From the NCBI RefSeq assembly GCF_009914755.1, contig NC_060930.1: a stretch of 64,000 bases of DNA; one strand, given 5' to 3'. Source of the DNA: the human T2T-CHM13v2.0 reference genome, Homo sapiens. A program made the translations under genes and the position numbers. Position 1 is the stretch's first letter, and every line of letters starts with the position of its first letter. Below are positions 27,165 through 40,327 of this stretch, in pieces. The notes beneath the pieces were generated by a model, which was given only the letters and a program-made list of their open reading frames with translations, had not been told where the DNA came from and did no database searches.

Positions 27165-27874
27165 ATAGGAGCAGAAAGGATGTGATAACTTTCCTCCGCA
27201 TCATAAAGGTCATGGTGATACTCCTATAACAAAAGTTAGGTTAATAGAGAAAAGCATAATCTATTTATTTAATTAAAGTTTCACATGACCTGGAAGGGAG
27301 CTTTTTGAAATAAAGACCCTAAAACCCAGGGAAAACAGTCCATTTTTATGCTTAGATTCAGTGAAGAATGGACAGCCTTGTTAGAAGTGTGTTTGGACGA
27401 AAAGAGTATAAAGTAATGATAATAGACTGAGGGAAGAAACCTAGTAAGGCCTATCTGTTCAGACTTTTTTTTTTTTGTCCTTTCTGTGTAGTGTTCCTTC
27501 CTCTTGGGTATGGGGCAGGACCTCTCTGGAATGAGGGTCTTATGATCTACTATCAAACAAGATAAGTCTGAGAATTTATTTATGGACATCTCTTAGAAAG
27601 ATGGGGAAAGGTTAGAGTAATATTTCTCGGTTTTATGGCTTGCTTTGGGGGAGAGGAGTTCTGGTTTCTATGACCCACCTTGAGAAACAAGAATTCTTAT
27701 TTCTATGGCTTGCCTTGGGGAAGAGAGAGGCGCAGGAGACAGGAGGGCAGGAGAAGGTGAGAGAGAGAGACTCTGCTTCTCAGGCTGCTTCTAAGGCGTT
27801 TCAATCTCCTTGAGTCCAAATTACTCAGCATGCCAACGTGCCATACTTTGGGGAATCATTTTCTGAGCCCCAAA
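27165..27874 (-). mobile_element. MER39-family (ERV1) solo LTR
   Basis: ctcctataacaaaag...ctctctggaatgagggtcttatgatc...actcagcatgccaacgtgccatactttgggg...ttctgagcccc. Confidence 0.85.
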
Positions 27875-27884
27875 AGAATCAATA

Positions 27885-28780
27885 ACTATCTTTTCAATTT
27901 CTAGAAATTGTATATGACCATTTTACAAATCTACCCTTTAATTTCTTAGGAGTGTCCTATTCTTCATTACAGCTTCAATTCCCTTATTTTTCTAATTTTA
28001 ATCATAGTTATTTGCTAGTCTCAGAATTTTCTGAAATCTGAAGTTTGTCATGTGCTAATTATCCTGTTTGTGGCATCTGTTGTTTCCACCTTATAATTTG
28101 TTTCTTATATAAATTGTAGCTTTACTCTTCAGAGCTCATGATCTGTAAATCTTTATTTTGATGTTGTTGATTTGGTTTTGCTGTGGGAGTTAGTAAGCTA
28201 TGGGGCAGGCACCAGCTCAGCAATATTCTGAAGGTACCCTTTCACACCTCTTTTCACAATAGGGCTTCCACTGGCCCTGGAAGAGTTTAAAATATTAATC
28301 TTTCTTGTAGTAGCTAAATTACAAAAGGTATCATAAATTTGGACCTCACACCCAAGGCTCTAAATACAGAACAGCCTCTTCACCTAATCCTTACATCTAA
28401 ACAGAAGAGATACCTCTTGTAAGCTCCTTGCTTACACAGATGGATCAGTTTTGGCTCCACATCTGTCTTCCCATCGGCCTGAGGCCACATCCCCTAATAT
28501 CATGGGGCATTAGGACCAAGTTCACAGCTAGTAAAGCCTCCATCTATGATGACAAGCCCTGTGAGTGCCAGGTAATCTATTCTCAGGCTGACCACACTAT
28601 CTCTGTTTCCTCTTCATATTCATAGAGCCAGAGATAGTCCTTTTTTTTCTTTCTTGTGTTTTTTAATGTGCAATGAAATGTTTTAAAGTTATGTTTTAAC
28701 CACTGTTTTTTCATTTTTGTAGCAGAAGGGAGAGTAGTAGAATCATCTGTATCAATTTAACCTGCCATATTCAGGAATGT
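27885..28780 (-). mobile_element. Old L1M 5'/ORF1 region relic
   Basis: T-rich antisense pattern ttttcaatttctagaaattg...tctgaaatctgaagtttg...cctgtttgtggcatctg. Confidence 0.45.
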
Positions 28781-30000
28781 TCCTTAAATCCCTTTAGTAT
28801 AATGACATAATTTGACAATGAGAGAAAACATAAACAAAGAGCATTCTCACTTAAAGGTATGTAGTTCTCCATTGATAAATAATAATTACTGGCACTGTAA
28901 TTAATTACTGGTACTGTAATTAATAACTACAAGGTACTGTAAACTGTACTAGACATATAGTGGTGAGTTCTAGCCCTCATGGAGCTCTCATTGTAATGAA
29001 ATAAAACAATCGAAATAAAATATAGGAAATGGAAGTCAGGTGTTAAGAAATAGGCTTATTTCTGAAATTCAAATACATTAGGAATTATTCGATAAAATTA
29101 AAATGCTTACCTTATTTATTGACAGTATGGTCATCTTATAGTCCTTTCAAATGCTGAAACTTTCAATATCCATTTCTGATTAAAAACTCATACTAGGGGG
29201 AGGTAGTTATTTAACACAAAAAGAGTTCCCATAAAAAACAATAGTTCCTATTACTTTGAATATTGAGATATAAGAAATACTACAATTAAAATAAACACCA
29301 GGATATCCACTATCTGTTATTCAACATTATGCAGAAAGATCTGGTCATGCAATTAAAGAAGAAAAATTATATATCAGTTTTAGAAAATGATAAAATATCA
29401 TTATTTGTAAATGATATAACTGTCTAATTAAATAAAGAATATTTACTTGACAAAAATTAAAACACATAAAGTCCTAATAAGCTGGATGTAAAAATATAAA
29501 TATTAAAATTTAAAAAATGAATAAAATTATCCCAATTGTAGTAATATTTTAAAACTTTCCATAAGCATAAAAATAGATAACTTTACTAAGAAAAAAAAGG
29601 ATGAGTTAGTGATGTGATATCCATCTTTCTTGACAAGAAGTCTCAATATTTAAAAATATCAATTCTCTCAAGTTATGAATTGGTAGGAAATTATTCTCTT
29701 GATGAATTTTGGAAGGAACTTGACAAAATATGTATTAAGTTAATTTATAAGAGTCAATGAATGAGAATGACCAATATAATTTTGAAGGACCAGAGTAATG
29801 ATGGGCATAATGAGCCTGTCTGCGATTACAAAATATAGAAATATATGTACATTTACAATCATTAAAATATTGTGTATTTAAAAGACAGATAAATAGAACA
29901 GAACAAGAAATCCAGAAATGCAAGTTAAATAGAAATATAGCATATGATAACGATAGCATTTCAAATCAGTGAAGGGAGATAAGATTATTTAATAAATAGT

Positions 30001-30853
30001 TGTGATATGGTGAAATATATATTTAGTCTTTGCCCGCTAATCCTGCTGTACAACTCCTAAAATCTCTGAAGTGATATGTATCTTTTTGTATGCTGATGAT
30101 TGTCTGATGGCTTGCAGCCCCTACGTAGCTTTAGAATAGGGGCTGGTCACCAAGCTGGTGCAAAGTAGGATTAGAGGACTGGGATTTTCAGCCCCATTCC
30201 CAACCTCCAGGGAGGGAAGAGGAGACAGAAGTTAAGATGATCACCTATGTCCAATCAATCATAACTACATAACTACATAATGAAGCCTTTATACAATCTT
30301 AAAATAACTGTTTTCCGGAAGCCTCCTGACTGCTGAACCAGCACAGGTCTCTGGAGGGTGGAGTGCCAGAAGAAGGCAGGAAAGCTCTGTGCCCCTTTCC
30401 ATATTCCTTATCCTACACATCTCTTCATCTGTATCCTTTGTAATATCCTTTACAACAAACATAAATGTAGGTAAAGTGTTTTCCTGATTTCTGTGAGCCA
30501 CTCTAGCAGACAAGTTGAACCCAAAGAGGGGGGTCATGGGAACCCTGATTTATAGCTGGTTGGCCAGAAACACAGGTTTAACACAAATCTGGGGCTTTCA
30601 CTTGGCATTCAAAGTGAGGCCATACTTGCAGGACTGGGCCCTCAACCTGTGGAATCGAACAGCCTCCAGGTAGATATGTCAGAATTGAACTGGAGGACAC
30701 CCAGCTGGTGTCCACTGTAGAATGGACTGATTGATTGCCAGAAGGGAGAAATCCCCATGCATTTTTGTGAACAGAGGGCTTAGAGGTGTTCTGTGTTGGG
30801 TGATGAGTGGAGAATAGGAGAAACTCAGGGTTTTTTTTCCAATATCTTTTCAA
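30001..30853 (+). mobile_element. MER21A/B solo LTR
   Basis: tgtgatatggtgaaatatatattt...tacaactcctaaaatc...ggggctggtcacc...gaggacacccagctggtgtcc. Confidence 0.9.
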
Positions 30854-31710
30854 TATTACTTGACAACTAAATAAGTTAGCATTCTATTTCTTCACCAGAA
30901 TACTACCTAGAAGAATTTAAGAATTAAAGTTTTAAAAAGACTACAAAGAATGAAATTTTAAAAAGACTACAGTGTTTTAGGGGCAATATGTATAACTTTT
31001 ATATATACTTGGACAGTGAGGTAAAATTTATCAGTTTTCTTTTCTCTATCTCTCTCTCATTTTCTACCTGGACTAGAAAAAGTGGAGAGGTTGAACTAAT
31101 GAAAACGGAGCATTTTTTCTAGGCTAAAATACTTTTTAAAAATTCTAATGACAAAATGGAACCATATTTGTCATTTTGTCAAAAAATGCTTAAATTTTTA
31201 TCTTTATATATATGTGTGTATGTATATCTATATATCTTATATAAACATATAATAAATTGGGCAAAATTAAAAACTATGTATTAGGACATTGTGGTAACAA
31301 ATATCATACAACCTGATTCTTTTACAAAGGCAAAGGCTTATTTCTCATTATGGTTCATATCCATTGTGAGATAACTACAGTCCCTCTCCCCATAATCGTT
31401 TTTAAGGGACCCAGGGTAATATGCACCCTCTTTCTAGAATCTTGCTAATATTGCAGCAGAAGGAAAAGAGGAATCTGAATCATGAGCTCACTGTGAAAGC
31501 ATTTGTGTGAAGTGACACACATTAGTGCCACTCATATTTCATTGATGAAAGCAAGTCTTTTGGCTATCCCTAAAGTTCAGAGGGTGGGAGTTTATAATCT
31601 ACCTGTAGTGAAAAGTACCACATTAAGTGGTATAAAATATGAATGAACAGTAATATAATCTGCCACCTCCACCCAAAGGAGACAACCCAATAATTATCCA
31701 ATTACAACAT

Positions 31711-32114
31711 CATTGTTAGTCTGTTTTACACTGCTCTAAAGGAATACCTGAGGCTGGGTAATTTATAAAGAAAAAAGGTTTATTTGGCTCACAGTTATGC
31801 AGGCTGTACAAGCATGGCACCAGCATCTGCCCAGCTTCTGTGTGGCCTCAGGAAACTTTCACTCATGGTGGAAGCTGAAGGGGGAGCAGATGTGTCACAT
31901 GGTGAGAGAGGGGACAAGAGGGAGTAGGAAGGAGGTGCCAGGCTTTTTTAAGCAACCCGATCTTTCAGTAACTCATTACCCAGCGGAAGGCACCAAGCCA
32001 TTCATGAGGTATCCACCCCCATGACCCAAGCACTTCCGACAAGTCCCGCCTCAAACACTGGGGATCTCATTTCAACATGAGATTTGGAGAGGACAAATAT
32101 TCCAAACCATATCA
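31711..32114 (-). mobile_element. MSTA/MSTB solo LTR (nested)
   Basis: aatacctgaggctgggtaatttataaag...aggctgtacaagcatggcaccagcatctg...tccaaaccatatca; TSD aacat/aacac. Confidence 0.93.
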
Positions 32115-33637
32115 AACACTGAGCTTAAACTTCAGGTCTGTGAGAGATGCCACATTTTTTTTCTATATTCATTTTGAATAAGGTTCCTCTTGAGTTGGAG
32201 ACATGTAAACTCAACACATTATTTTCCCTGTCTGCCACATGCACACACTGATGGAGCTGGGATAGCATCACTGCAGAAGTGTAATTCCCATGGAGAAATG
32301 AGAAGAAAGGGAAAGACACAGTGGTATCTGTCTGCAGTAAAGCTGAAATCTCACAGGACCAATGTCACAATTTTCCTTACCTTGTAGATAAGGAATGTTC
32401 CTGTATAAGCCCTCATTCTCCTTCTGGGGGCAGCTCCCTACCCATTGTACGCTGTGACCTTGGACACTTCCTTTTAGAAAGTTCTCTCCCTTTTCTCTTA
32501 TTCTCTTCTACTATTTCTAAAAATGACAATAGGGATTGCCAAAACAAAAACAAAAACAAAAAAAAAAACAAAACAAGTTTTCTTTAAACTTTCTCAATCT
32601 GCTCCATATCCTGGTGACATTTTAATCTTAATTACTCACAATTTATTTGAGGCCAGATTGGTGGTGATTTTGACAGTTCAGTGCAAAAAATGTAGTCAGA
32701 TTCTTATTTATTTGCTTTCATTTAGCTCCATGTGCCAGGACTCACATCCACAATGTTTTCTGAACTTGACTTTACACTTAATTGTGGGTACCTTGAGTTT
32801 ATCAGGCTGGGATTTGGAAGGGTACACCTTCAGTATCTTTTATCTGACTGGACTGAGTGCTAACACTTAATTCAGTTTCAACTGTGTTGACTGGGGCCTT
32901 GCCATGAGTCTGTAATTTAATCATTCTTTGTCACTCAAAGGTTTTCTCAGTTTTATTTTTTTGTGGATAGAGATGAGAACTAGTCGCATCTTCCACCACT
33001 ATAATCTTAGTATTTCTAGATTCTCTTTTCTCTGTGGCAAACAAGTAAATGCTTTTTAAAATTCATTTCCTTTTTAAAGAATCTTGCCAAATGAATTAAA
33101 TAGTGACCAAGTTGTGCTATTAACATTCTGTTTCCCAAGTTCTTCACCCAATAACATACTCTTTGGGATCATGATCTGCCTTCCAAGTTATGACTGAAAG
33201 TTTCACTATTGTATAACATGGATCACTATCCATCCAGCTCTGATAAAAATTTAACCTCTGACCATTTCTTGGCCTTGCAGTGAATGCCACGTATTTTTTA
33301 TTTTGTTGGTTTGTTATTATAATTTACTTTTGGTTCAAGTTTTGAATTATTTGCAATAGCCCCAGTTATGCTAAGAAAAGTGATACCAAACTGTCACTGG
33401 CTCACAACAATAAAAATGCAGTTCTTACTGATATTATATGTTAGTTATGGGACAGTTGCAGTTCTCAGGAGCACCTTCTCCCTAGCAGCCATTATTATCC
33501 TGGCAGAAAAAAAGGGAAAATGCAAATAAAGCGCTAATTTTTATAATTTCAGGTAAGAGGTATGCTATTTTAATTTCAGTGTTCTTTTTTGGCAGAACAA
33601 TCCACATGGCCATATCTGAGTTCAACAGGTGGGATGT

Positions 33638-34148
33638 TGTATTAGTCAGGGTTCTCCAGAGAAACAAATCCAATGGAATATATATAGACACATGAGATTT
33701 ATTATGGAAATTGACTCATGTTGTTATAGAGGTTGAGAAGCCCATGATATGCTTCCTGCAAGCAGGAGAACCAGGAAAGCTAGTGGCATAATTCAGTCCA
33801 AGTCCAAAGGCCTGAAAACCAGCAGTGGGGTGTGAGGAGTGCTGGTGTAAGCCTAGAGGTCTGAAGGCCCAAGAACCAGGAGCTTCAATGTCCAAAGGCA
33901 GAAGCAGACAGATGTCTCAGCTTAAGAAGAGAGCGGTAACTTTACATTTTCTGCCATTTTATTTTATCCAGGTCCTTAATATATTGGCTGATACATCGGT
34001 GAGGATTATCTTCTTTACTCAGTCTACTAATTCAAAATGCTAATCTCTTCCAGAAACATCCTTGCAGGCACATCTAAAAGTCATGTTTTAATAGCTGTCT
34101 GGGTATCCCTTAACTCAGTCAAGCTGACACATAAAGCAAACCATCACA
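33638..34148 (-). mobile_element. MLT2B (ERVL) solo LTR (nested)
   Basis: tgtattagtcagggttctccagagaaac...cagtcaagctgacacataaagcaaaccatcaca; TSD gatgt/catgt. Confidence 0.93.
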
Positions 34149-34261
34149 CATGTATACCCACCAAACAAGGAAAATCACCTTAGGCAGAGGAACTGAATAT
34201 GATGGAACTGTAATCCAATTTACCAATGCAAGCAAATCAAATATAAAAGCAAATGGCCAAA

Positions 34262-35223
34262 AATAAGGTGTGATACCTTTCCTCCCTCCCCATCACAAGG
34301 GTCATGGCTGACACTTCTATAACAAAAGGCAGATTAACAAGAGAAAACCATAACATTTATTTAATCAAAGTTTTACATGATATAGGAAACTTCAGAATGA
34401 AGACTTAAAGACCCAAAAGAAAAATTGTCATTTTTATTCCTATGTTCGATAAAGAGTGGAGAAATATGTAGAGATGTGACTAGACAAAAAGGAAATGATC
34501 CAGTAGTAATAAACTGAGTGGGAGAACTCAGGAGCGGTTTGGACAATTTTTGGCCTCTCTCTGTGACATCTCAGAAAAGGCTGGACCCCCTCTGGAATGA
34601 GCCTTATGATCTCCCACCAAACAAGGTAGGTCAGAAAATTTCTTTTTTGTTTTTTGAGATGGGCTCTCACTCTGTTGCCCAGGCCGGAGTGCAGTGGCGC
34701 GATCTTGGTTCATTGCAGCCTCTGCTTCCAAGGTTCCAGTGATTCTCCTGCCTAAGCCTCCCAAGCAGCTGGGATTACAGGCATGGGCCACCATGCCTGG
34801 CTAATTTTTGTAGTCTTAGTAGAGACAGGTTTCACCATGTTGGCCAGGCTAGTCTCGAACTCCTGACCTCAGGTGATCTGCCCACCACGGCCTCCCAAAG
34901 TGCTGGGATTACAACCCATGAGCCACTGCACCCGGCCAGAATTTCTTTATTGTAAGCTCTTATACAGAAAAGTGGAGGAAGATTGGAGTAATATTGCTGG
35001 ATTTTATGACTAGCTTTGGGAAAGAGGGTTTCTATGACCATCCTTGGGGAAAAAGTGTTCTAGTTTCTTTGACTTCTTTGTTGGGAGAGAGAGGAGCAAG
35101 AGATAAGAGGGCAGGAAAAGGTCAGAGAGACCTTGGTTCTGGGGCCTCCTAATGTTCTTTAGATCAAAGTATTCAGCATGCCAAAACATCATACTTTGGA
35201 GTATCATTTTCTGAGCTGCAATA
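34262..35223 (-). mobile_element. MER39B-like (ERV1) solo LTR split by an Alu
   Basis: ggtgtgataccttt...catcacaagggtcatggctgacac...attcagcatgccaaaacatcatactttggagtatcattttctgagc. Confidence 0.85.
34643..34937 (-). mobile_element. AluS (Sx-like)
   Basis: Full antisense Alu; TSD agaaaatttcttt / agaatttcttt. Confidence 0.97.
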
Positions 35224-35410
35224 TTATATTTGGTTTTTTTTGTTTGTTTTTTTGTTTTAAAAGCTTTTGTTTATTGAGTATTTGCTGTTCACCTGGCTGC
35301 ATATTACATTACGAGGCTAGGTAGCATGATAGTTACATGTCTGGGCTCTGGAGAGAGACTGCATATGACCTGGTGTCTTCTTTTTTTTTTTTCTGAGCTG
35401 CAATATTATA
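35207..35410 (-). mobile_element. Short L1-mediated retro-insertion of non-L1 sequence (probable orphan 3' transduction)
   Basis: Perfect direct repeat ttttctgagctgcaatattata at 35207-35228 and 35389-35410; T-rich tail 35229-35258; TTTATT (minus-strand AATAAA) at 35270-35275; second T-run 35381-35392. Confidence 0.8.
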
Positions 35411-37099
35411 AAAACTACGAAGCCTCACTAGAAATAAAGTGCAATTTTAAACAAAATTGAATGTCACTTTTTATCCCAAACTTGGAAAATAATTTTGAAA
35501 AATGGTAATATGCACTGTTTAAAAGATTATGGGAAAATAAGACACTATAATACCCTGCTGACGAGATTTACAATGTATACATATATGTAACTTTTAGGAA
35601 AGTGTTTGAGCAATACTTAAGAGCAACCTTTAAAATGGGCATACTCTTTGTTCCAAAAATTCCCCATTTTATGTGATTTTCTAAGACTATTTTGAAAAAA
35701 ATGCACAAATGTATATTTGAATGTGGAAAATATTTCATAATGGTATAGTCATAGAAGCATTATCATACTAATGAAAAATTAGAAATATTTACAATGCTTA
35801 ATAAGGTAATTGTTAATTACAGTATGATTTAGCTCTAGAATAGACTATAATGCAGACATTAAAATAACACAACAATAATCTTTGGTAGAAATAGATGTTT
35901 ATGCTATATTGTTAAACAAAACACCACATTATTCAACAGTATGCAGTATGGAAATAGAAAATTATAAAGTCTCAATACTTTGATTCAATCTTGATTAAAA
36001 TTATAGTAGAAACCATATGCCATAATTTTCAAATGGTGCTCAGTGGAAAAGATTTGGCTTTAATAATCTGTTTATACTATGAGTTTCTGAGAATGCAGAG
36101 ACTTGGCTATTACCCTTTGTTTAGAAAGATAAGGAAGAAGATTAAAGAATATTTGCATTTCATTACCATATATATCTATATATATATAGTATTTTATCAT
36201 GATAAAATTGAGTTTCTTTCTGTTTACTAAAAAGATAAAGGGCTTGGCTGTAAAATTCATAGTTCTGCTTTAATAGTTTTTTTCCTCATGAATTGTTGAC
36301 TTATAACATTGAGGCTACATATGTTTGTTCCATGAAATCACAACTGTAAGAATGTTTGTCATAGACTATTCTTGCTCGCTTAAAATTGTAAACTCTGTTT
36401 GTCCTAAGTGTTGAATTTGTTCATTAGCTTTATGATGATTAATGAGATTACCATTTTATTTTTGTTATACTCAACTGAGGCATAAAATCTCTCAGTTAGA
36501 AATGCATTTCAAAGCTCTTCTCCTAGAAAAGAAAAACATACACACTAAAAAGACAGAAAAAAATAAGAAATTTTAAAATACAACACATATCTGTTCTACC
36601 ACAGCATATAGGATTCAATTTATGTATTTATATGCATGAATGTATAATCAATTCTACAATCTGCTATCTTCACTTAACAATAGATCACGGGCATATTTCC
36701 GTGAAAATAATATCCATTCTATCAATGTTAATGGTAGGATATTTTAAATGACATGTGTTAGCTAAATATTCATATTTTGAGCATGTACACCAAAATGTTA
36801 ACAGTGGTTATATTTGAGAGTCAGAGTTTTTGTTTTCTTTCTTTTGCCCATTTATGTTTTCTAAAGTTTCTGCCATGAATATGTATTTCTTTTGTTATGA
36901 GAAATTTTAAAAAGCCAAAGAAAACCTCTTACTAATGCTGTCACAACTAGATTAAATGCCATTTCTTCTATTCATTGGACCATTCTCAGTCACTCCAGTC
37001 AAAGGAAACTTTAGTTTTCTTCAAACTCGTGTTTCTTTCAGTATTTTGTAAAGTAGTTACATCTAATCCTTTTTTTTTTTACATGAAACTTTTCTCTTT

Positions 37100-37223
37100 T
37101 AGTTCATCAATTCCTTGGGGACAAGCACTGTATCTTATTTTTCCTTATGGTATGCGTCGCCTTTAGCATAGTACCAGCTACGTGGTAGTACCTTGGAATG
37201 AATTTTCCGCAAGAATGAATGAG
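37100..37223 (+). mobile_element. L2 3' tail fragment
   Basis: tccttggggacaagcactgtatctta...tagcatagtaccagctacgtggtag...gaatgaatga. Confidence 0.65.
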
Positions 37224-39454
37224 TACAATCAGATCCTTACTCAGGTCACCTCCAATTTACATCAAGTGCTTGGTCATCCCCGGTGATTCCCTGTGGCTTA
37301 GCTATCATTATAAAACAAGCCATATCTAAAACAGCATAAATATTTTACTTGAAAATTAAAGCTTCAGCTCTTAAAAAGGCGATTTTTCAAACAGCCTTCT
37401 TGTAGTCATCTAAAAATGGAACTTAAATTGGGAAAGCATTTATTTTTCAATTCTCAGTTGATTAAATTTTTCCCTTTGCCAATTGCTGTCTTTAAACCCG
37501 CCTTGGCATCAGTGGGAAGAACTAGAACAGCATGGCTTGCCCTAGACATGTGTGTTAGACTCTCTCACCTCTTGATTTTGATCTGAAAACCAATCTGCCT
37601 ATCAATTTTTTTTAAACAAAAGTAAATCCTGGCAAGTTCACATGACATTATGAAAAAGAACTTAGGTAGTACTGCTAAGACTGTAAATGCCTCCCTCTCA
37701 TATACATTTGTGCCTTCTCCATTGTTTTGCTTGGGGTGATGTTCAAGCCCTTTGGCCTTTTGTGCCTGGTGTGCAGTCCTCATTATGACTTGAATAATGC
37801 TCAGCCAGTTTGACTTACAGAATTTATGATGTCTGGAGACAATTCTTTTAAAAATTCTTTCGTTGCCCTTATCTAAACATTTCATTAAATGGTAATTTGA
37901 AGTATTTCATTTGGTTCTTAGTTGAAATAAGAAAAATATTTTAGGAAGAGTTTTCAAAATACTTAGAAGGGGCACTTAGTGATGTACACTTTTTTTTTTC
38001 AAATAGGTTACTTTGGGATTCTTGTTAGAAAGATAACAATCTCTCTAAAGCAAAAAGCTTATGTTGTATAATAAGACCTTTTAAAAACTATTTATGTATT
38101 TTAGCTTTAGGCTTTTGTACAACCCTTGGGTGGGCATTTGAAGACGCCAAAATATACCTGCAGGGGGCTTGTGGATTAAGTAATAAGTGGTAAGCCTCCA
38201 GCTGAGACTGTGTGTTTATCATTATCATCTTGGTACAGAAAATATTCAGACTGGTAATGATTCTGGGCTACCTGCTGTGGGGGATTTCAGCCTCAATGTA
38301 ACATTTAATAAAACATTATCACTAGACTTCAGTGAAACTATATTGATAAGAACTGCCTTTAGAAGATGTTGGAAGAGTGAGCTATTGAGGTAGAGAATGC
38401 AAACTCTAGAAATAATGAAATAAGAACAGGATTCATAAAAGTAGAGATAAAATTTTACCCAAACTAATAAAAAACACAGTAAATGAAAAAAGAAAAGAAG
38501 AAACACACAACAACCTATCGAAAACCCACTACTTAAATGGATAAAGGGAGTGCATAAATGAAAGTCACACGTTGCAAGCAAAGCAAGAAATGAATGGGAG
38601 AAATATATTACTAGCATAGAGTATAACAAAATTCAATAAACAGGGGACTGAAATATTGGCTCAGCAACGTAATGGACAAGGTCCTTGATCTCATGAAGTG
38701 TAGAATGGCGTAAATTTTTACTGTGTCAAGTTTCTTACATTTGGGCTTCACTGACTCTGTACTGTACTGTTTTGCCAGCATCAGTCTTCTTTACATGTTG
38801 CATATTTTTAAATGCCCTTTATTTGGATTCACTAAATGTTAAAAAATCAGAGTAATTATTACACTGAGGTCTTTGCTCTTAGATTATCGTGAATCTGCCC
38901 CAGCTGCTGGTTAGCATAATTCAAAGTGCTGACCCCAGTTCATAAATTCCATTGTGAAGAATCATAACTGCCAGAGAAACTGCTCTTCTGGGCTGGATAT
39001 TTCAGCAGGAAATTGTTTGGGGGTTTCGATTAGTTGCTGGTATTGTTTAGTAATCTTATGCTAACAATTTAGTGCTTAATATTGTTTTAAAGAAAAGCTT
39101 CCTTCTCCTAGTTCAATAGATCCTCACTTAATTAACCGTTAGTGCTTCAAGTAAGACACACACCTTTAAAATTTTTATGCTCTGCTAACTATCCATTATT
39201 GGGGTTGTTTCTATCACTAACAATGGTCTAAAGTGCTTACTTAGAAAACGCATTAACTCTTATAGGTCATCAAGATATCATTTGGAACATCATTGTTTCA
39301 AATGGACTAAATGTTGTGCTCTTGACCTTTAAGTCTAAATCTCTGCTAGAGACCCAACTGACTATGACATCTCAACTATGAGTAATTATTGAATTAATAT
39401 ATTTTTCTTTTAAGGTTTATTGTTTCTAAGGTTTATTGTTAAATAAAGAGCCCA

Positions 39455-39835
<381 letters not shown>

Positions 39836-40327
39836 TTATTAGAAAAGAAGCAAACACCTCCTCCTATTACTTTCAATTACTAATTCCAGTTTATAGTCTT
39901 AATGAAACAAAAAATAAACCTTAGTACCAGTGTAAATAGGAACAAGAATAATCAACTATTCTTGCTGGATGATGGATATTCAGTAACTTTAGATCGCATT
40001 TGACCTTCAGTTAAGACAGATGTATTTCTCAAAGGGAGAAGATATTTCTTTCTCACTAGTGGCCTGTATGAAAATGTTGGGATTAATATTTTAAGAATCT
40101 CTTTTAAAATAATTTTTTAATGTAAGCCTGAACTGGTTCATAGGACATATCTCAATCTCTGATGAATTTCTTATATAAATTTTAATGGCACACATATATT
40201 TTTCCTGTTTACATAATGAATATATATTAATTGAGATGCTAGTATGTGCATCAGCCTTTTTCAGATGTTTTAAGGATGCAAAATGAGGTAGATGCAGACA
40301 TTGGGGTGAAGGGACAAGATAAAATAT

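Larger units (their letters stand above)
31277..34227 (-). mobile_element. Ancient MLT1J/K-like MaLR provirus (LTR-internal-LTR) with two nested LTRs
   Basis: LTR ~31277-31667; internal ~31668-33340 (cccaaaggagacaaccc..., tctgccttccaagtta, end tttggttcaagtttt); second LTR ~33342-34227, split by MLT2B. Confidence 0.65.
29150..36910 (+). mobile_element. L1ME-type LINE relic in pieces (~29150-30000, 30855-31270, 35415-36000, 36760-36910)
   Basis: RT-like tattcaacattatgcag...atcattatttgtaaatgatataactgtc, then late-ORF2 segments, then the L1ME4-like 3' end caccaaaatgttaacagtggttat, all in the expected order. Confidence 0.7.

Noticed and set aside
27165-35223. Two co-oriented MER39 LTRs as ends of one provirus
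   Set aside because: The interior is older L1ME/MLT1 sequence with no ERV1 internal region, and the L1ME continues outside the second LTR; these are independent solo LTRs.
37533-37553. p53-like site tggcttgccc-t-agacatgtgt
   Set aside because: Each half-site has a mismatch and there is a spacer; expected by chance in 64 kb.
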